A stretch of DNA of 64,000 nt, taken from contig JAXDQU010000089.1 in assembly GCA_034667685.1 (NCBI GenBank), forward strand, positions 21,072-85,071, given 5' to 3'. Shown here piece after piece: positions 1-8,472 of the stretch. Position numbers and translations under genes: made by a program. Position 1 is the first letter of the stretch, and each line of letters opens with the position of its first letter. The notes under the pieces were generated by a model, which saw only the letters and a list, made by a program, of their open reading frames with translations, was not told the DNA's origin and did no database searches. The stretch is from Thermoplasmata archaeon. GTDB taxonomy: Archaea > Thermoplasmatota > SW-10-69-26 > JACQPN01 > JAJPHT01.

Positions 1-881
1 ACGTTGGCGATCGTGCTGTTGAGGAAGAGCGTGTAGTCGCGCCCGGCCTTGAGCGGCAGCGACTCGACCATGCGCTGCACGTTGACCTTCTCCATGACGG
101 GCGCCATGCCGTGGTCGCCGATCGCGAGGAAGTGGAACGTGTCGTAGCCCGCGGCGAGCGCCTCGTGGATCTCGCGGCACTTGCGGTCGATCTCGCGGAT
201 CTCCTTCGCCATGAACACGCGGTCCTCGTCGGTCTGCGCCTTCGCGGGGATGTAGCCCTCGGGCACGAGCGGGCCCTTGTGGTGCGCGCCCTCGTCGAGG
301 TTGCTGAACTGCGCGAAGACGAACGCGTGGTCCTCGCGCCTGCGGAACGTGTCGAGCACCATCCTGTGGATCTCGTCGTCGTTCCCGCTGATCGGGTGCG
401 CGAGGTACTTGAACGTCCGGCCCTGCTCGCGCAGGAGGTCGAAGATGCCCGTGAGCGGCATGGCACCCTCCTCGAAGATCGGCTTGTGGTCCTCCACGAC
501 GCTGAACGCGGGGAGGTACGGGCCGGGGATCCACGCGGGGTCCGTGTGGTACTGGCCGCTGGCCCACCGGCTGATGCGCTTCACGGCGACGCGCATCGGG
601 TACATCACCTTGCGCGGCTGGTACGCGCGCGCCACCGGGCCGAGCTTTCCGACCCACTTGAAAGGCGAGTTGTCCGGATCGTAGCCGAACGCGCTGAAGG
701 CGTTGCTGGTGTCCGGGTACGTGCCCGTGAACATGGTGGTGCGCTGCGTGAAGCCGGGCGGCGACTCGATCGAGGCCGTCAGGCGGGTGGTCATCAGGTC
801 GTGGAGGAACGGCGCGTTCTCCGGCGTGATGTAATCGCGGCGGCACGCGTCGAGGATGAGCAGGAACGTGGTTTCAGACAT
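1..881 (-). CDS. Alkaline phosphatase superfamily protein (nucleotide pyrophosphatase/phosphodiesterase type), runs off the left edge
   Basis: Translated by hand (not in ORF track): MSETTFLLILDACRRDYIT...TMFTGTYPD...FSNLDEGAHHKGP...LAIGDHGM. These match AlkP-fold metal motifs (xLDA, DxxxH, GDHG). The start overlaps the stop of the upstream GT2 gene. Confidence 0.8.
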   Translation of the reverse strand, partial: MSETTFLLILDACRRDYITPENAPFLHDLMTTRLTASIESPPGFTQRTTMFTGTYPDTSNAFSAFGYDPDNSPFKWVGKLGPVARAYQPRKVMYPMRVAVKRISRWASGQYHTDPAWIPGPYLPAFSVVEDHKPIFEEGAMPLTGIFDLLREQGRTFKYLAHPISGNDDEIHRMVLDTFRRREDHAFVFAQFSNLDEGAHHKGPLVPEGYIPAKAQTDEDRVFMAKEIREIDRKCREIHEALAAGYDTFHFLAIGDHGMAPVMEKVNVQRMVESLPLKAGRDYTLFLNSTIAN

Positions 882-1800
882 GGACGATCCTCCGCTTGAC
901 GTACGAGGTGACGAAGGCGAGATCGAAGAGCGGCGAGGCGAGCGCGCCCAGGGCGAGCGCGTGCGGCTTGTAGCGGCGCGCGACCGGGCTCATGAGGCGG
1001 CGCAGGGTGGGCGCGAAGAAGACGAGCACGGTGCCCCCGAGCACGAAGAGGTTGCCGCTCACGGCGAAGATGAGCCCCATCCCGCCCACGGCGACGGCCC
1101 ACGCCAGGTGGCCGCGGGGCGCGCCGAGCAGCTTGTGGAGCTGGGCGTGCGCCGCGCCCTCGCGCTGGTGCTTGCGCCACTCGCTCTTCCACGAGGCGAC
1201 GTCCTTGTGGCGCACCAGCGCGTCGGGCGCGTACGCGATGCGCAGGCCGGCGAAGCGCGCCTCCTTGGCGAACGCGACGTCCTCCGCGCCGAGAGCGTTT
1301 TCGTCGAAGTGCAAGGTGTCGAAGGCGAGGCGCCGATATGCGGCGTTCACGTTCGACGCATATCGTTCCGGAAGCCCCTCGGACTGCACCTCGAAATGGT
1401 GGTAACGAAGCCCGCGCGAGACCGTGGCGGCGTTGTCGGTGGGCGGCGCGTGGCGCTGGCGCCCGTAGACGATGTCGGCGTTGCGCACGGCGCGGCGCAG
1501 CGCGTCGATCCAGCCGGGCTCGGGCACGGCGTCGGCGCTCACGAACGCGATCACGTCGTGGCGCGCCATCTCGATGCCCGCGTTGCGCGCGGCGCCGAAG
1601 CTGACGTTCGTCGGGTACGCCTTCACGCGCACGCCGCGCGCCTCCGCGATCTGCACGGTGGCGTCGCGGCTCGCGCTGTCCACGACGATGACCTCGTCGT
1701 CCCCTTCCAGCTGCGGAAGGAGCGCGTCGAGGCACTCGGGGAGGTTGGCGGCCTCATCCTTCGTGAGGATGACCACGGAGAGCGGTTCGCGGGTTGTCAA
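874..1800 (-). CDS. Glycosyltransferase family 2 with C-terminal TM segments
   Basis: LSVVILTKDEAANL, VIVVDSASRDAT, FGAARNAG, FVSADAVP, AEDVAF motifs. Confidence 0.9.
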   Translation of the reverse strand: MTTREPLSVVILTKDEAANLPECLDALLPQLEGDDEVIVVDSASRDATVQIAEARGVRVKAYPTNVSFGAARNAGIEMARHDVIAFVSADAVPEPGWIDALRRAVRNADIVYGRQRHAPPTDNAATVSRGLRYHHFEVQSEGLPERYASNVNAAYRRLAFDTLHFDENALGAEDVAFAKEARFAGLRIAYAPDALVRHKDVASWKSEWRKHQREGAAHAQLHKLLGAPRGHLAWAVAVGGMGLIFAVSGNLFVLGGTVLVFFAPTLRRLMSPVARRYKPHALALGALASPLFDLAFVTSYVKRRIVHV

Positions 1801-3067
1801 GAGGTTTCCTCCGCAGGAGCGGGACGAGGCGCACGGTCGCCCATGCGCCGGCGAGAAGCTGGACGGCGAGCCACGTCGCGCCCAGGCCGAGCACGCCGAG
1901 CTTCGCGAGCGCGAGCGGCGTGACGACGAGCAGCGCGGCCATCGTGAGGGCCGGCAGGAGCGTCAGCTCCCAGCCGGGGCGGCGCGCCTTCAGGTAGGAG
2001 AGGTAGACGTTCGCGATCGCCACGGGCGCGACCGAGAGCGCGAGCATGCGCAGCAGCTCCGCGCCCTGCGCGTAGTGGTCGCCGAAGATCCCGAGCGCGA
2101 AGCCGCCCAGGAAGAACATGCCGAGCGCCATCGGGCCGAGCACGAGGCCTGATAGCAGGAGCGCCTTGCGCAGCGCGGGCGCGGCGGGGCCGGGGCGCAC
2201 GAGCTGCGCGAAGCTGGATTGCGTCACGGCCTTGCTCGCCTGGAGCGCGACGGTGGCGACGGTCCACGCGAGGTAGAAGCGCGCGTTGGCGGCGGGGCCG
2301 AGCGCGCCGATCACGAGCAGCGGAAAGACGAGCCCGGGCAGGAACTCGCTCAGGTTGAGCGCGTAGTTGCGCGCCGCGTAGGCGAGCATCTCGCGCGAGG
2401 CCGGCGCGGGCTCGCCCTCGTCGGGGTGGCGCGCGAGGCGTGGGAACGTCACGGCGAGGCCGAACGCCAGCGAGGCGGCGAGGCCCAGGCCCCACGCGAG
2501 CGGCACGGCGGTCTCGCCCAGGCTCGCGGCGACGAAGAAGGGCGCCACGAGCTTGAGCGCATTGAACGCGACGTTGCGCGCGAGCACCAGGACGCCCGCC
2601 TGCTCGGAGACGAAGTACGCGTCGAGCACCCAAGCGGTCCCGGTGCCCACCGCGAGGAGCACGAAGCCCAGCGCGGCGATGGGCGCCCGCAGCGCGGCGA
2701 GGCTCGCGACGCCCTCGACCGCGAGCAGCAGGACCACGAGCGAGACGAAGGCGGTGAGCGCGAAGGTGGCCGCCCCGGCCCGCGCGAGCAGACGGCGCAG
2801 GTGCGCGCGCGAGAGCGCAGGGCCGTAACGGATGATGGCCGCGTCGAAGCCCGCCTTGCCGATCAGCGCCGCGAGCGTCGCGGCCGAGACGACGGCGGCG
2901 CCCACGCCCAGCGCGTCCTCGGTGAAGCGGCGCGCGGCCACGATCCAGAAGAGGAACCCGAGCAGCGCCGAGAGGCCCGCGTTGGCGACCAGCGCGTAGC
3001 CGTTGGCGTACACGGGATCGCGCACGTGCTGGCGCAGGGCGGCGAGGGCCCGCCGAAGGATCGGCAC
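1754..3067 (-). CDS. Polysaccharide/oligosaccharide flippase (Wzx/MATE-like)
   Basis: About 12 hydrophobic segments with NGYALVANAGLSALLGFLFWIVAARRF at the N-terminus. The GTG start at 3067 is preferred because the upstream extension is a palindromic repeat. Confidence 0.8.
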   Translation of the reverse strand: MPILRRALAALRQHVRDPVYANGYALVANAGLSALLGFLFWIVAARRFTEDALGVGAAVVSAATLAALIGKAGFDAAIIRYGPALSRAHLRRLLARAGAATFALTAFVSLVVLLLAVEGVASLAALRAPIAALGFVLLAVGTGTAWVLDAYFVSEQAGVLVLARNVAFNALKLVAPFFVAASLGETAVPLAWGLGLAASLAFGLAVTFPRLARHPDEGEPAPASREMLAYAARNYALNLSEFLPGLVFPLLVIGALGPAANARFYLAWTVATVALQASKAVTQSSFAQLVRPGPAAPALRKALLLSGLVLGPMALGMFFLGGFALGIFGDHYAQGAELLRMLALSVAPVAIANVYLSYLKARRPGWELTLLPALTMAALLVVTPLALAKLGVLGLGATWLAVQLLAGAWATVRLVPLLRRKPLDNPRTALRGHPHEG

Positions 3068-3129
3068 GCGGCCGCGCTTGGGCTCGCTCGGGATAGCGTT
3101 TTCGTGACGAGGGTCGAAGTCGGGGCTCA

Positions 3130-3185
3130 GGGCTCTGGACTCAGGGCTCAAGGCTCCGGAGCCTTGAGTCCTGAGTCCAGAGCCC
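3130..3185. repeat. Intergenic palindrome built from 7-nt units (GGCTCAG-like)
   Basis: gggctctggactcagggctcaaggctc-cg-gagccttgagtcctgagtccagagccc, one mismatch, between divergent genes. Confidence 0.85.
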
Positions 3186-3240
3186 CCGTTTCGAAAGTTG
3201 TACCCGAACCGGGATGGCCTCGCGAGGAAGCGCCGGCCGC

Positions 3241-4926
3241 ATGCGCAAGCTCCGCGTGCTCGACGTCGTGGCGCCGCTGATGCTGCTCGCGATCGTCGTG
3301 CTCGGCTGCTCGCTGCGGCTGCGCGACCCGACGTCGAGCCCGGTCGTGGGCGCCGAGGATCCGTACACGCACCTCGTCTTCACGAAGGAGGCGCTCGCGC
3401 GCGGCTACTTCGGCGACTCGCAGTGGCTGGGCACGTCGATGTACCCGCCGGGCCTGCACGCGCTGGGCGGCGCGCTCGCCTCGGACTCCGGCACGCCGCT
3501 ATACGCGTGGATCCTCTACGCGCCCCTCGCGTTCGGCGCGCTCGCCATCGTGGGCATGTTCGCGCTGGGCAACCGTCTCTCGGGCCCCGCGGCCGGCCTC
3601 GTCGCCGCGCTGATCGTGGCCGTGATGCCGGAGCACGTCTTCCGCTCGGAGCTGTACTTCCCCACCGCGCTCGACCTCGCCGTGCTGCCCGCCTTCCTCT
3701 ACGCGTTCGTCGTCGCGACGGAGCCCGAGGCCACGAAGGCGCAGCGCGCGGGCGGGGCGATCCTCTTCGCGCTGCTCGCCGCCTCGCTCGCCTTCGCGCA
3801 CCCGTGGGCCGTGCCGCTCTTCCTCGCGCCGGGCGCCGCGTGGGCCGCGCTGCGCATCGTGCGCGCGAAGCTGCCGTTCCGCGAGGGCGTCCGCCGCCTC
3901 ACGCCGGCGGCCGTGCTCGCCGTCGCCGCCACCGCGTTCGCCGTCTCCTCGCGCTGGGACCACACGGACAGCGGCTTCGCGTCGTTCTTCGCGCACCTCG
4001 GGCCGCTCGCGATCCTCGCCAAGCTGCCGCTCCCCGGCCCCGCGCTCTTCCCGGTCTTCCTCGCCGTCTTCGCGCTGGCCGCCGCCCCCGCGGTGCTGGT
4101 GGTCGCGGCGTTGGGCGCGGCGCGCGCGCCGCGGCTCGTGCGCGTCGCCCTCGCGGCCCTCTGCGCGGTGGGCGCGCTCCTGGTCGTGCCGATGCTCGGC
4201 GCCCACCCCGGGCCCGGCATCAACTACCGCAACATGCTCGGCGGCGCCGCGCTGGAGCTGGGCCTCGTGGGGCTGGTCGTGTCCTTCCTCGCGCCGACCG
4301 CCGTGGGCGACATGGGCCTCGCGCTGAGCGCCATCCTCTACCCGCTCACCGCGATCAACCTCTTCGAGAGCGCGTTCTGGCCGCAGCGCACCGTCGTCTA
4401 CCTCGGGCTGGGCGTCGCGCTGCTGTGCGCCGGCGTCGCGGCCGCGCTCGTGCAGGGCATCCTCGCGTGGAAACCGCTGCGCGCGCCGCGCCGCGCCGCG
4501 TGGGTCGCGCCCGTCGCGACCATCGCCGCGGTCCTGCTCGTGGCCGGCGCCGTCAACGCCGCGCCCGCGAAGACCTACGCGTGGTACCGGCTCTACACCA
4601 ACGACGAGTTCGGCGCGATCCAGGCCACCAGCGCGCTCGTGGACAAGGACCCGAGCGCGCACATCATGGTCTACTCGTGGCAGCCCGGCCTGTTCCTCAA
4701 GGCGGCCGGGAACCCGGACCAGGTGCGCTACTGCCCCGCGTGCTATCAGGACGCAGGCGCGCGCAGCAAGGCGCTCGCCGAGCACGGCGGCTCGACGTGG
4801 TACGTCGTCGTCGACGCCTACACCGACAAGGACGCGGCCAAGGGCAAGGCCGACGAGGGCTGGGTGGGGGGCGATCTCGTCGAGAGCGCGGGCCACTGGC
4901 GCGTCTACCGCCTCGGAGGGAGCTGA
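3241..4926 (+). CDS. Polytopic membrane protein, probable GT-C-fold glycosyltransferase
   Basis: Many TM helices, an acidic motif after TM1 (GAEDPYTHL, YPPGLH) and a soluble C-terminal domain. It directly abuts a Dol-P-type GT2. Confidence 0.6.
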   Translation: MRKLRVLDVVAPLMLLAIVVLGCSLRLRDPTSSPVVGAEDPYTHLVFTKEALARGYFGDSQWLGTSMYPPGLHALGGALASDSGTPLYAWILYAPLAFGALAIVGMFALGNRLSGPAAGLVAALIVAVMPEHVFRSELYFPTALDLAVLPAFLYAFVVATEPEATKAQRAGGAILFALLAASLAFAHPWAVPLFLAPGAAWAALRIVRAKLPFREGVRRLTPAAVLAVAATAFAVSSRWDHTDSGFASFFAHLGPLAILAKLPLPGPALFPVFLAVFALAAAPAVLVVAALGAARAPRLVRVALAALCAVGALLVVPMLGAHPGPGINYRNMLGGAALELGLVGLVVSFLAPTAVGDMGLALSAILYPLTAINLFESAFWPQRTVVYLGLGVALLCAGVAAALVQGILAWKPLRAPRRAAWVAPVATIAAVLLVAGAVNAAPAKTYAWYRLYTNDEFGAIQATSALVDKDPSAHIMVYSWQPGLFLKAAGNPDQVRYCPACYQDAGARSKALAEHGGSTWYVVVDAYTDKDAAKGKADEGWVGGDLVESAGHWRVYRLGGS

Positions 4927-5655
4927 ATGCTGCTCCCGCAGACCCAGGCCACGGGCGAGACCGCATTGCGCCGCCCCTCCGTCACGATCATGCTCCCGGC
5001 CAAGAACGAGGAGGACGGCATCGAGGCGACCTTCGGCGCCCTCCCGATCCCGCGCATGCTGGAGCTGGGCTACCCCGTCGAGATCCTCGTGGCCGACGGC
5101 AAGAGCCACGACCGCACGCGGGACGTCGCGCAGGCGCACGGAGCCCGCGTCATCCAGCAGCTCGGCAAGGGCAAGGGGCGCGGCGTGCGGAGCGCGCTCG
5201 ACGTCGCCCGCGGCGAGTACGTCGTCATGCTCGACGCCGACGCCACGTATCCCGCGAGGGCGATCCCCGCGTTCGTCGCGATGCTCGAGGACGGCTACGA
5301 CGTCGTGATGGGCTCGCGCTTCCAGGGCCGCATCGAGGAGGGCGCGATGAAGCGCGTCAACCGCGTGGGCAACCACGGCCTCTCCGCGCTCGCCTCCGCG
5401 CTCTACGGCCGCCGCTGCACCGACGTCTGCACCGGCATGTGGGGCTTCCGCCGCGACGTCGTGCGCAACCTGGGCCTCACCTCCACGCACTTCGAGGTCG
5501 AGGCCGAGCTCTTCGCCCGCAGCGCGATGGCGGGGCTCAAGATCGTCGAGCTTCCGATCACCTACGGCCGGCGCGCGGGCGTGACCAAGCTCGGGTCCGT
5601 CTCCGACGGCGTGAAGATCGGGATGGCGCTGCTGCGCTATCGTTTCGGAAAGTGA
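4927..5655 (+). CDS. GT2 glycosyltransferase, polyprenol/dolichol-phosphate sugar synthase-like
   Basis: PAKNEE, ADGKSHDRT, GKGRG, MLDADATY, VMGSRF, TDVCTG, FEVEAE, ELPITY motifs. Confidence 0.9.
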   Translation: MLLPQTQATGETALRRPSVTIMLPAKNEEDGIEATFGALPIPRMLELGYPVEILVADGKSHDRTRDVAQAHGARVIQQLGKGKGRGVRSALDVARGEYVVMLDADATYPARAIPAFVAMLEDGYDVVMGSRFQGRIEEGAMKRVNRVGNHGLSALASALYGRRCTDVCTGMWGFRRDVVRNLGLTSTHFEVEAELFARSAMAGLKIVELPITYGRRAGVTKLGSVSDGVKIGMALLRYRFGK

Positions 5656-5661
5656 AGCTCC

Positions 5662-5866
5662 GGCCGCCTCCGGCGGGGAAAGACGGAATCTCCGAATCTC
5701 GGAATCTCCGCGCGTGACCTTGGCGAAAACCCGGTCACCCGCGGACCCACCGACCCGAATCCAAGCTCGGGTTCTCTGGTTCTCGGGCCCTCGGGTTTCT
5801 TGTTCAGGTCACGATGCGGAGATTCCGAGATTCAGAGATTCCGTTCTTTTCCCGCCGGAGGCGGCC
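5662..5866. repeat. About 205-bp imperfect hairpin repeat, family R1 (GGAATCTCCGC...GTGACC...GGTCAC...GCGGAGATTCC)
   Basis: Arms ggccgcctccggcggg...ggaatctccgc and gcggagattcc...cccgccggaggcggcc lie between convergent genes. Related copies at 7072 and 57722. Confidence 0.85.
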
Positions 5867-5870
5867 AACC

Positions 5871-6665
5871 CTACGTCTGCGAGATGAGCCGCTCGCTCAC
5901 GTTCCACAACTTGGCAGCCTGCGCGTCGTCCCGCGCGAGCGCGGAGGGCTCGGCCAGGCGTTGCCGCACGTAGTAGCCGCCGCTCCTGACGTCGGGGCTC
6001 GTGGCGCAGAAGACCGACGTGCGGGCGCCTTGCGCGGGAGATAGCAAAAACGGAGATGCGAGCGCCACGCCGATGCGGAAGACGCCCGACTCGCGCCCGC
6101 GCGCCCAGCCGGTGCGGACGCTGCCGGGGTGCACGGCCACGCTGACGATGTCAGGACGGCGGCGGGCCAGCTCGCGCGCGAACCAGAGGTTGAGCAGCTT
6201 GCTGTTGGCGTAGGCGCGCAGGCCGCTCCAGCGGCGCTCCCCCTGCAGGTCGTCCCAGTCCACGCGCGCGCCGACGTGCGCCTGCGAGGCGACCGTGACC
6301 ACGCGCGCGGGCGGATGGCGCGCGATCAGCTCCCGGGTCAGGAGGAAGTGCGCGAGGTGGTTGACGCCGAACGTCTCCTCGAAGCCCTGGCGCGTTCGGG
6401 CGAAGCGCGCGGTGTGGAGGCCGGCGTTGTTGACCAGGACGTCGACGGGCGGCGCCTCGCGCGCGAAGCGGCGAACGTCGTCCAGGTCCGCGAGGTCGAG
6501 CTTCGCCACCTCCACGCGGCCTTTGATATCATGCGCGGCGGCGCGCCCCTTCGCCTCGTCGCGGACGGCGAGCACGACGCGCGCGCCCAAGGCGGCCAGC
6601 GCGCGGGCGGTCTCCAGGCCGATGCCGGCGTTGCCGCCGGTGACGACGACCGTCTTGCCTTCCAC
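5871..6665 (-). CDS. Short-chain dehydrogenase/reductase (retinol dehydrogenase-like)
   Basis: TGGNAGIG, NNAG, FGVNHLAHF, YANSK catalytic YxxxK, HPG. Confidence 0.92.
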   Translation of the reverse strand: MEGKTVVVTGGNAGIGLETARALAALGARVVLAVRDEAKGRAAAHDIKGRVEVAKLDLADLDDVRRFAREAPPVDVLVNNAGLHTARFARTRQGFEETFGVNHLAHFLLTRELIARHPPARVVTVASQAHVGARVDWDDLQGERRWSGLRAYANSKLLNLWFARELARRRPDIVSVAVHPGSVRTGWARGRESGVFRIGVALASPFLLSPAQGARTSVFCATSPDVRSGGYYVRQRLAEPSALARDDAQAAKLWNVSERLISQT

Positions 6666-6690
6666 GGGCGGGGGATGGCGCGAAGCCGCT

Positions 6691-6849
6691 TCAGGCCGCC
6701 GGCTTCTTGAGGCCGATCGCGGCGAGGACGCGGCGCCAGGCGGCGGGGCGCTCGGGGGCGCGGCGCTCGACGTAGGTGTCGAGCAGGTGGCGCTCCGCCT
6801 CGTGGGGCGTTCGGACCATGTAGGCGTGGTCGGGGAACAGGGGGCGCAT
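6691..6849 (-). CDS. Small hypothetical protein (about 52 aa)
   Basis: MRPLFPDHAYMVRTPHEAERHLLDTYVERR..., host-like codon usage only. Confidence 0.3.
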   Translation of the reverse strand: MRPLFPDHAYMVRTPHEAERHLLDTYVERRAPERPAAWRRVLAAIGLKKPAA

Positions 6850-7071
6850 GAGGCGGGCGGACACCCGGACGGCCATCAAGCCATCGGATCCTCGGCAAGC
6901 TGTTCGTTCGGCGAAGGAAGGCCTTGACGAAACGAAGCGACACCGGGCCACGGCCTGACGCCAACCGAGATCGCGCGCCTGCGGCTCGACGTTCACGATG
7001 GCGCTGCCCACGCGCTTCCCGTCCCGGGCGTTGATGGCGCCGCGGCGACGTTCACACGACGGCCCATGGCC

Positions 7072-7221
7072 AGGCCTCCGATCGGAATCTCCGCCTCGTG
7101 ACCTTGGTGAGAACCCGAGGATCCGAAAACCCGAGAACCCGATCTTGGATTCGGGTTGGCGGGTCCTCGGGTTCGCGGGTTTCCTCTCCAGGTCACGCGC
7201 GGAGATTCCGATCGGAGGCCT
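7072..7221. repeat. Hairpin repeat family R1, second copy (inverted relative to 5662)
   Basis: 23-bp perfect outer arms aggcctccgatcggaatctccgc / gcggagattccgatcggaggcct, with inner acccgag/ctcgggt units. Confidence 0.85.
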
Positions 7222-7263
7222 CGGCCGTCGGCCTTCGTGCGACGGGTCGCGCCGCACATGCGG

Positions 7264-7668
7264 CTATGGAAGCTCGACCAGCTCCAGCAGCACGCCGTGC
7301 GTGTCCTTGGGGTGCACGAACGCGATGCGCGAGCCCTCGACGCCCTTGCGCGGCGTCTCGTCGATCATGCGCACGCCCTTCGCCTTCAGCTCGGCGATGG
7401 CGGCCTCGACGTCCTCGACCTCGACGGCGACGTGCTGGAGCCCCGCGCCGCGCTTCTCGAGGTGCTTCGCGATGGGCCCGTCCGGGTCGATGGACTCCAG
7501 CAGTTCGAGCTTGAGGCCCGCGATGGGATAGAAGTGGGTGCGGACGCCCTGGTCCTGCACGACCTCCTCGCGCGTGAGCGTGAGGCCCAGCAGGTCCTCG
7601 TAGAGGCGCTTGGCGGCGGCCAGGTCGGAGACCGCGATGCCGAGGTGGTCGACGCGCTTGACCTTCAT
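7264..7668 (-). CDS. mce: Methylmalonyl-CoA epimerase
   Basis: VDHLGIAV, LELLE, GAGLQHVAVEV, GSRIAFVHPKDTHGVLLELVE. Confidence 0.9.
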   Translation of the reverse strand: MKVKRVDHLGIAVSDLAAAKRLYEDLLGLTLTREEVVQDQGVRTHFYPIAGLKLELLESIDPDGPIAKHLEKRGAGLQHVAVEVEDVEAAIAELKAKGVRMIDETPRKGVEGSRIAFVHPKDTHGVLLELVELP

Positions 7669-7747
7669 GGCGCGGGCAGCCCTGCCGCCCGACTTGAGCG
7701 TTGGGGGAGGAAGGACCGGGCGGGAGACGCCCGGCCCGAGGGGCGGC

Positions 7748-7951
7748 TCAGCAGCCGCCGTGGTCGATGACGTAGCGGACGGAGGCGTAGCCGCCGCCGT
7801 TGCAGGGAATCCAGGCGTTGTCGAGCTGGCAGTTCACGGACCAGGTCGGGTTGCCGGTGTTGAAGCAGTCGATCGCCGAGGCGCCCGGCGCGAGCACGAC
7901 GGCGGCCGAGCCGAGCAGGAGCGCGGCGAGCACGAGGGTGGTTGTCTTCAT
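7748..7951 (-). CDS. Small secreted Cys-containing peptide (67 aa, 4 Cys in the mature part)
   Basis: MKTTTLVLAALLLGSAAVVLAPGASA signal peptide, AGGAG RBS upstream, mature IDCFNTGNPTWSVNCQLDNAWIPCNGGGYASVRYVIDHGGC. Confidence 0.75.
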   Translation of the reverse strand: MKTTTLVLAALLLGSAAVVLAPGASAIDCFNTGNPTWSVNCQLDNAWIPCNGGGYASVRYVIDHGGC

Positions 7952-8029
7952 GGGGTTTTTCTCCTGGGCGCGAGGCCCGGTCCCCACGAGACCCCGCGGG
8001 GCCATCACGACGCTGGCCCACGGGTTTGC

Positions 8030-8353
8030 TCACAGCTTCGAGAGGACGGCCGCGACGGGCGGGCCGCAGATGTTGAGCCAGTAGACGCACACGTCGGCCA
8101 TGCCGGAGCCCGCGACGGGCGGCGCGCTCACAGGCGAGCCCTCCGGCGCGAGCGTGTGGACCTCGTCGTCCAACGCGATCATGTCGTCGCGCACCGCCTG
8201 GAGGACGAGGACGGGATTGGGGCCATCGCCGCTCGCCTCGTAGGCGACGGTGCGGCAGAGCTCGCCGGGCGGCGAGAGCGCGGAGGCCGAGCCCGCCGCG
8301 AAGGCGACGCCCAGGAGCAGGAGGAGCGGCAGGTAACGCGCGAGCCGGAGCAT
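8030..8353 (-). CDS. Small secreted protein (107 aa)
   Basis: MLRLARYLPLLLLLGVAFAAGSASA signal peptide, 3 Cys. Confidence 0.6.
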   Translation of the reverse strand: MLRLARYLPLLLLLGVAFAAGSASALSPPGELCRTVAYEASGDGPNPVLVLQAVRDDMIALDDEVHTLAPEGSPVSAPPVAGSGMADVCVYWLNICGPPVAAVLSKL

Positions 8354-8472
8354 GCGGACGGCAGGCGCGCGGCACGCCATAAGCGCTCCGGAGCCCCGCG
8401 GACGAAGCGCAAAGGGTTGGGCCAGAAAGCTGTTGAGGCGGCCGGCGCGTGCCCCGCTTGCGAGGCGAGGAG

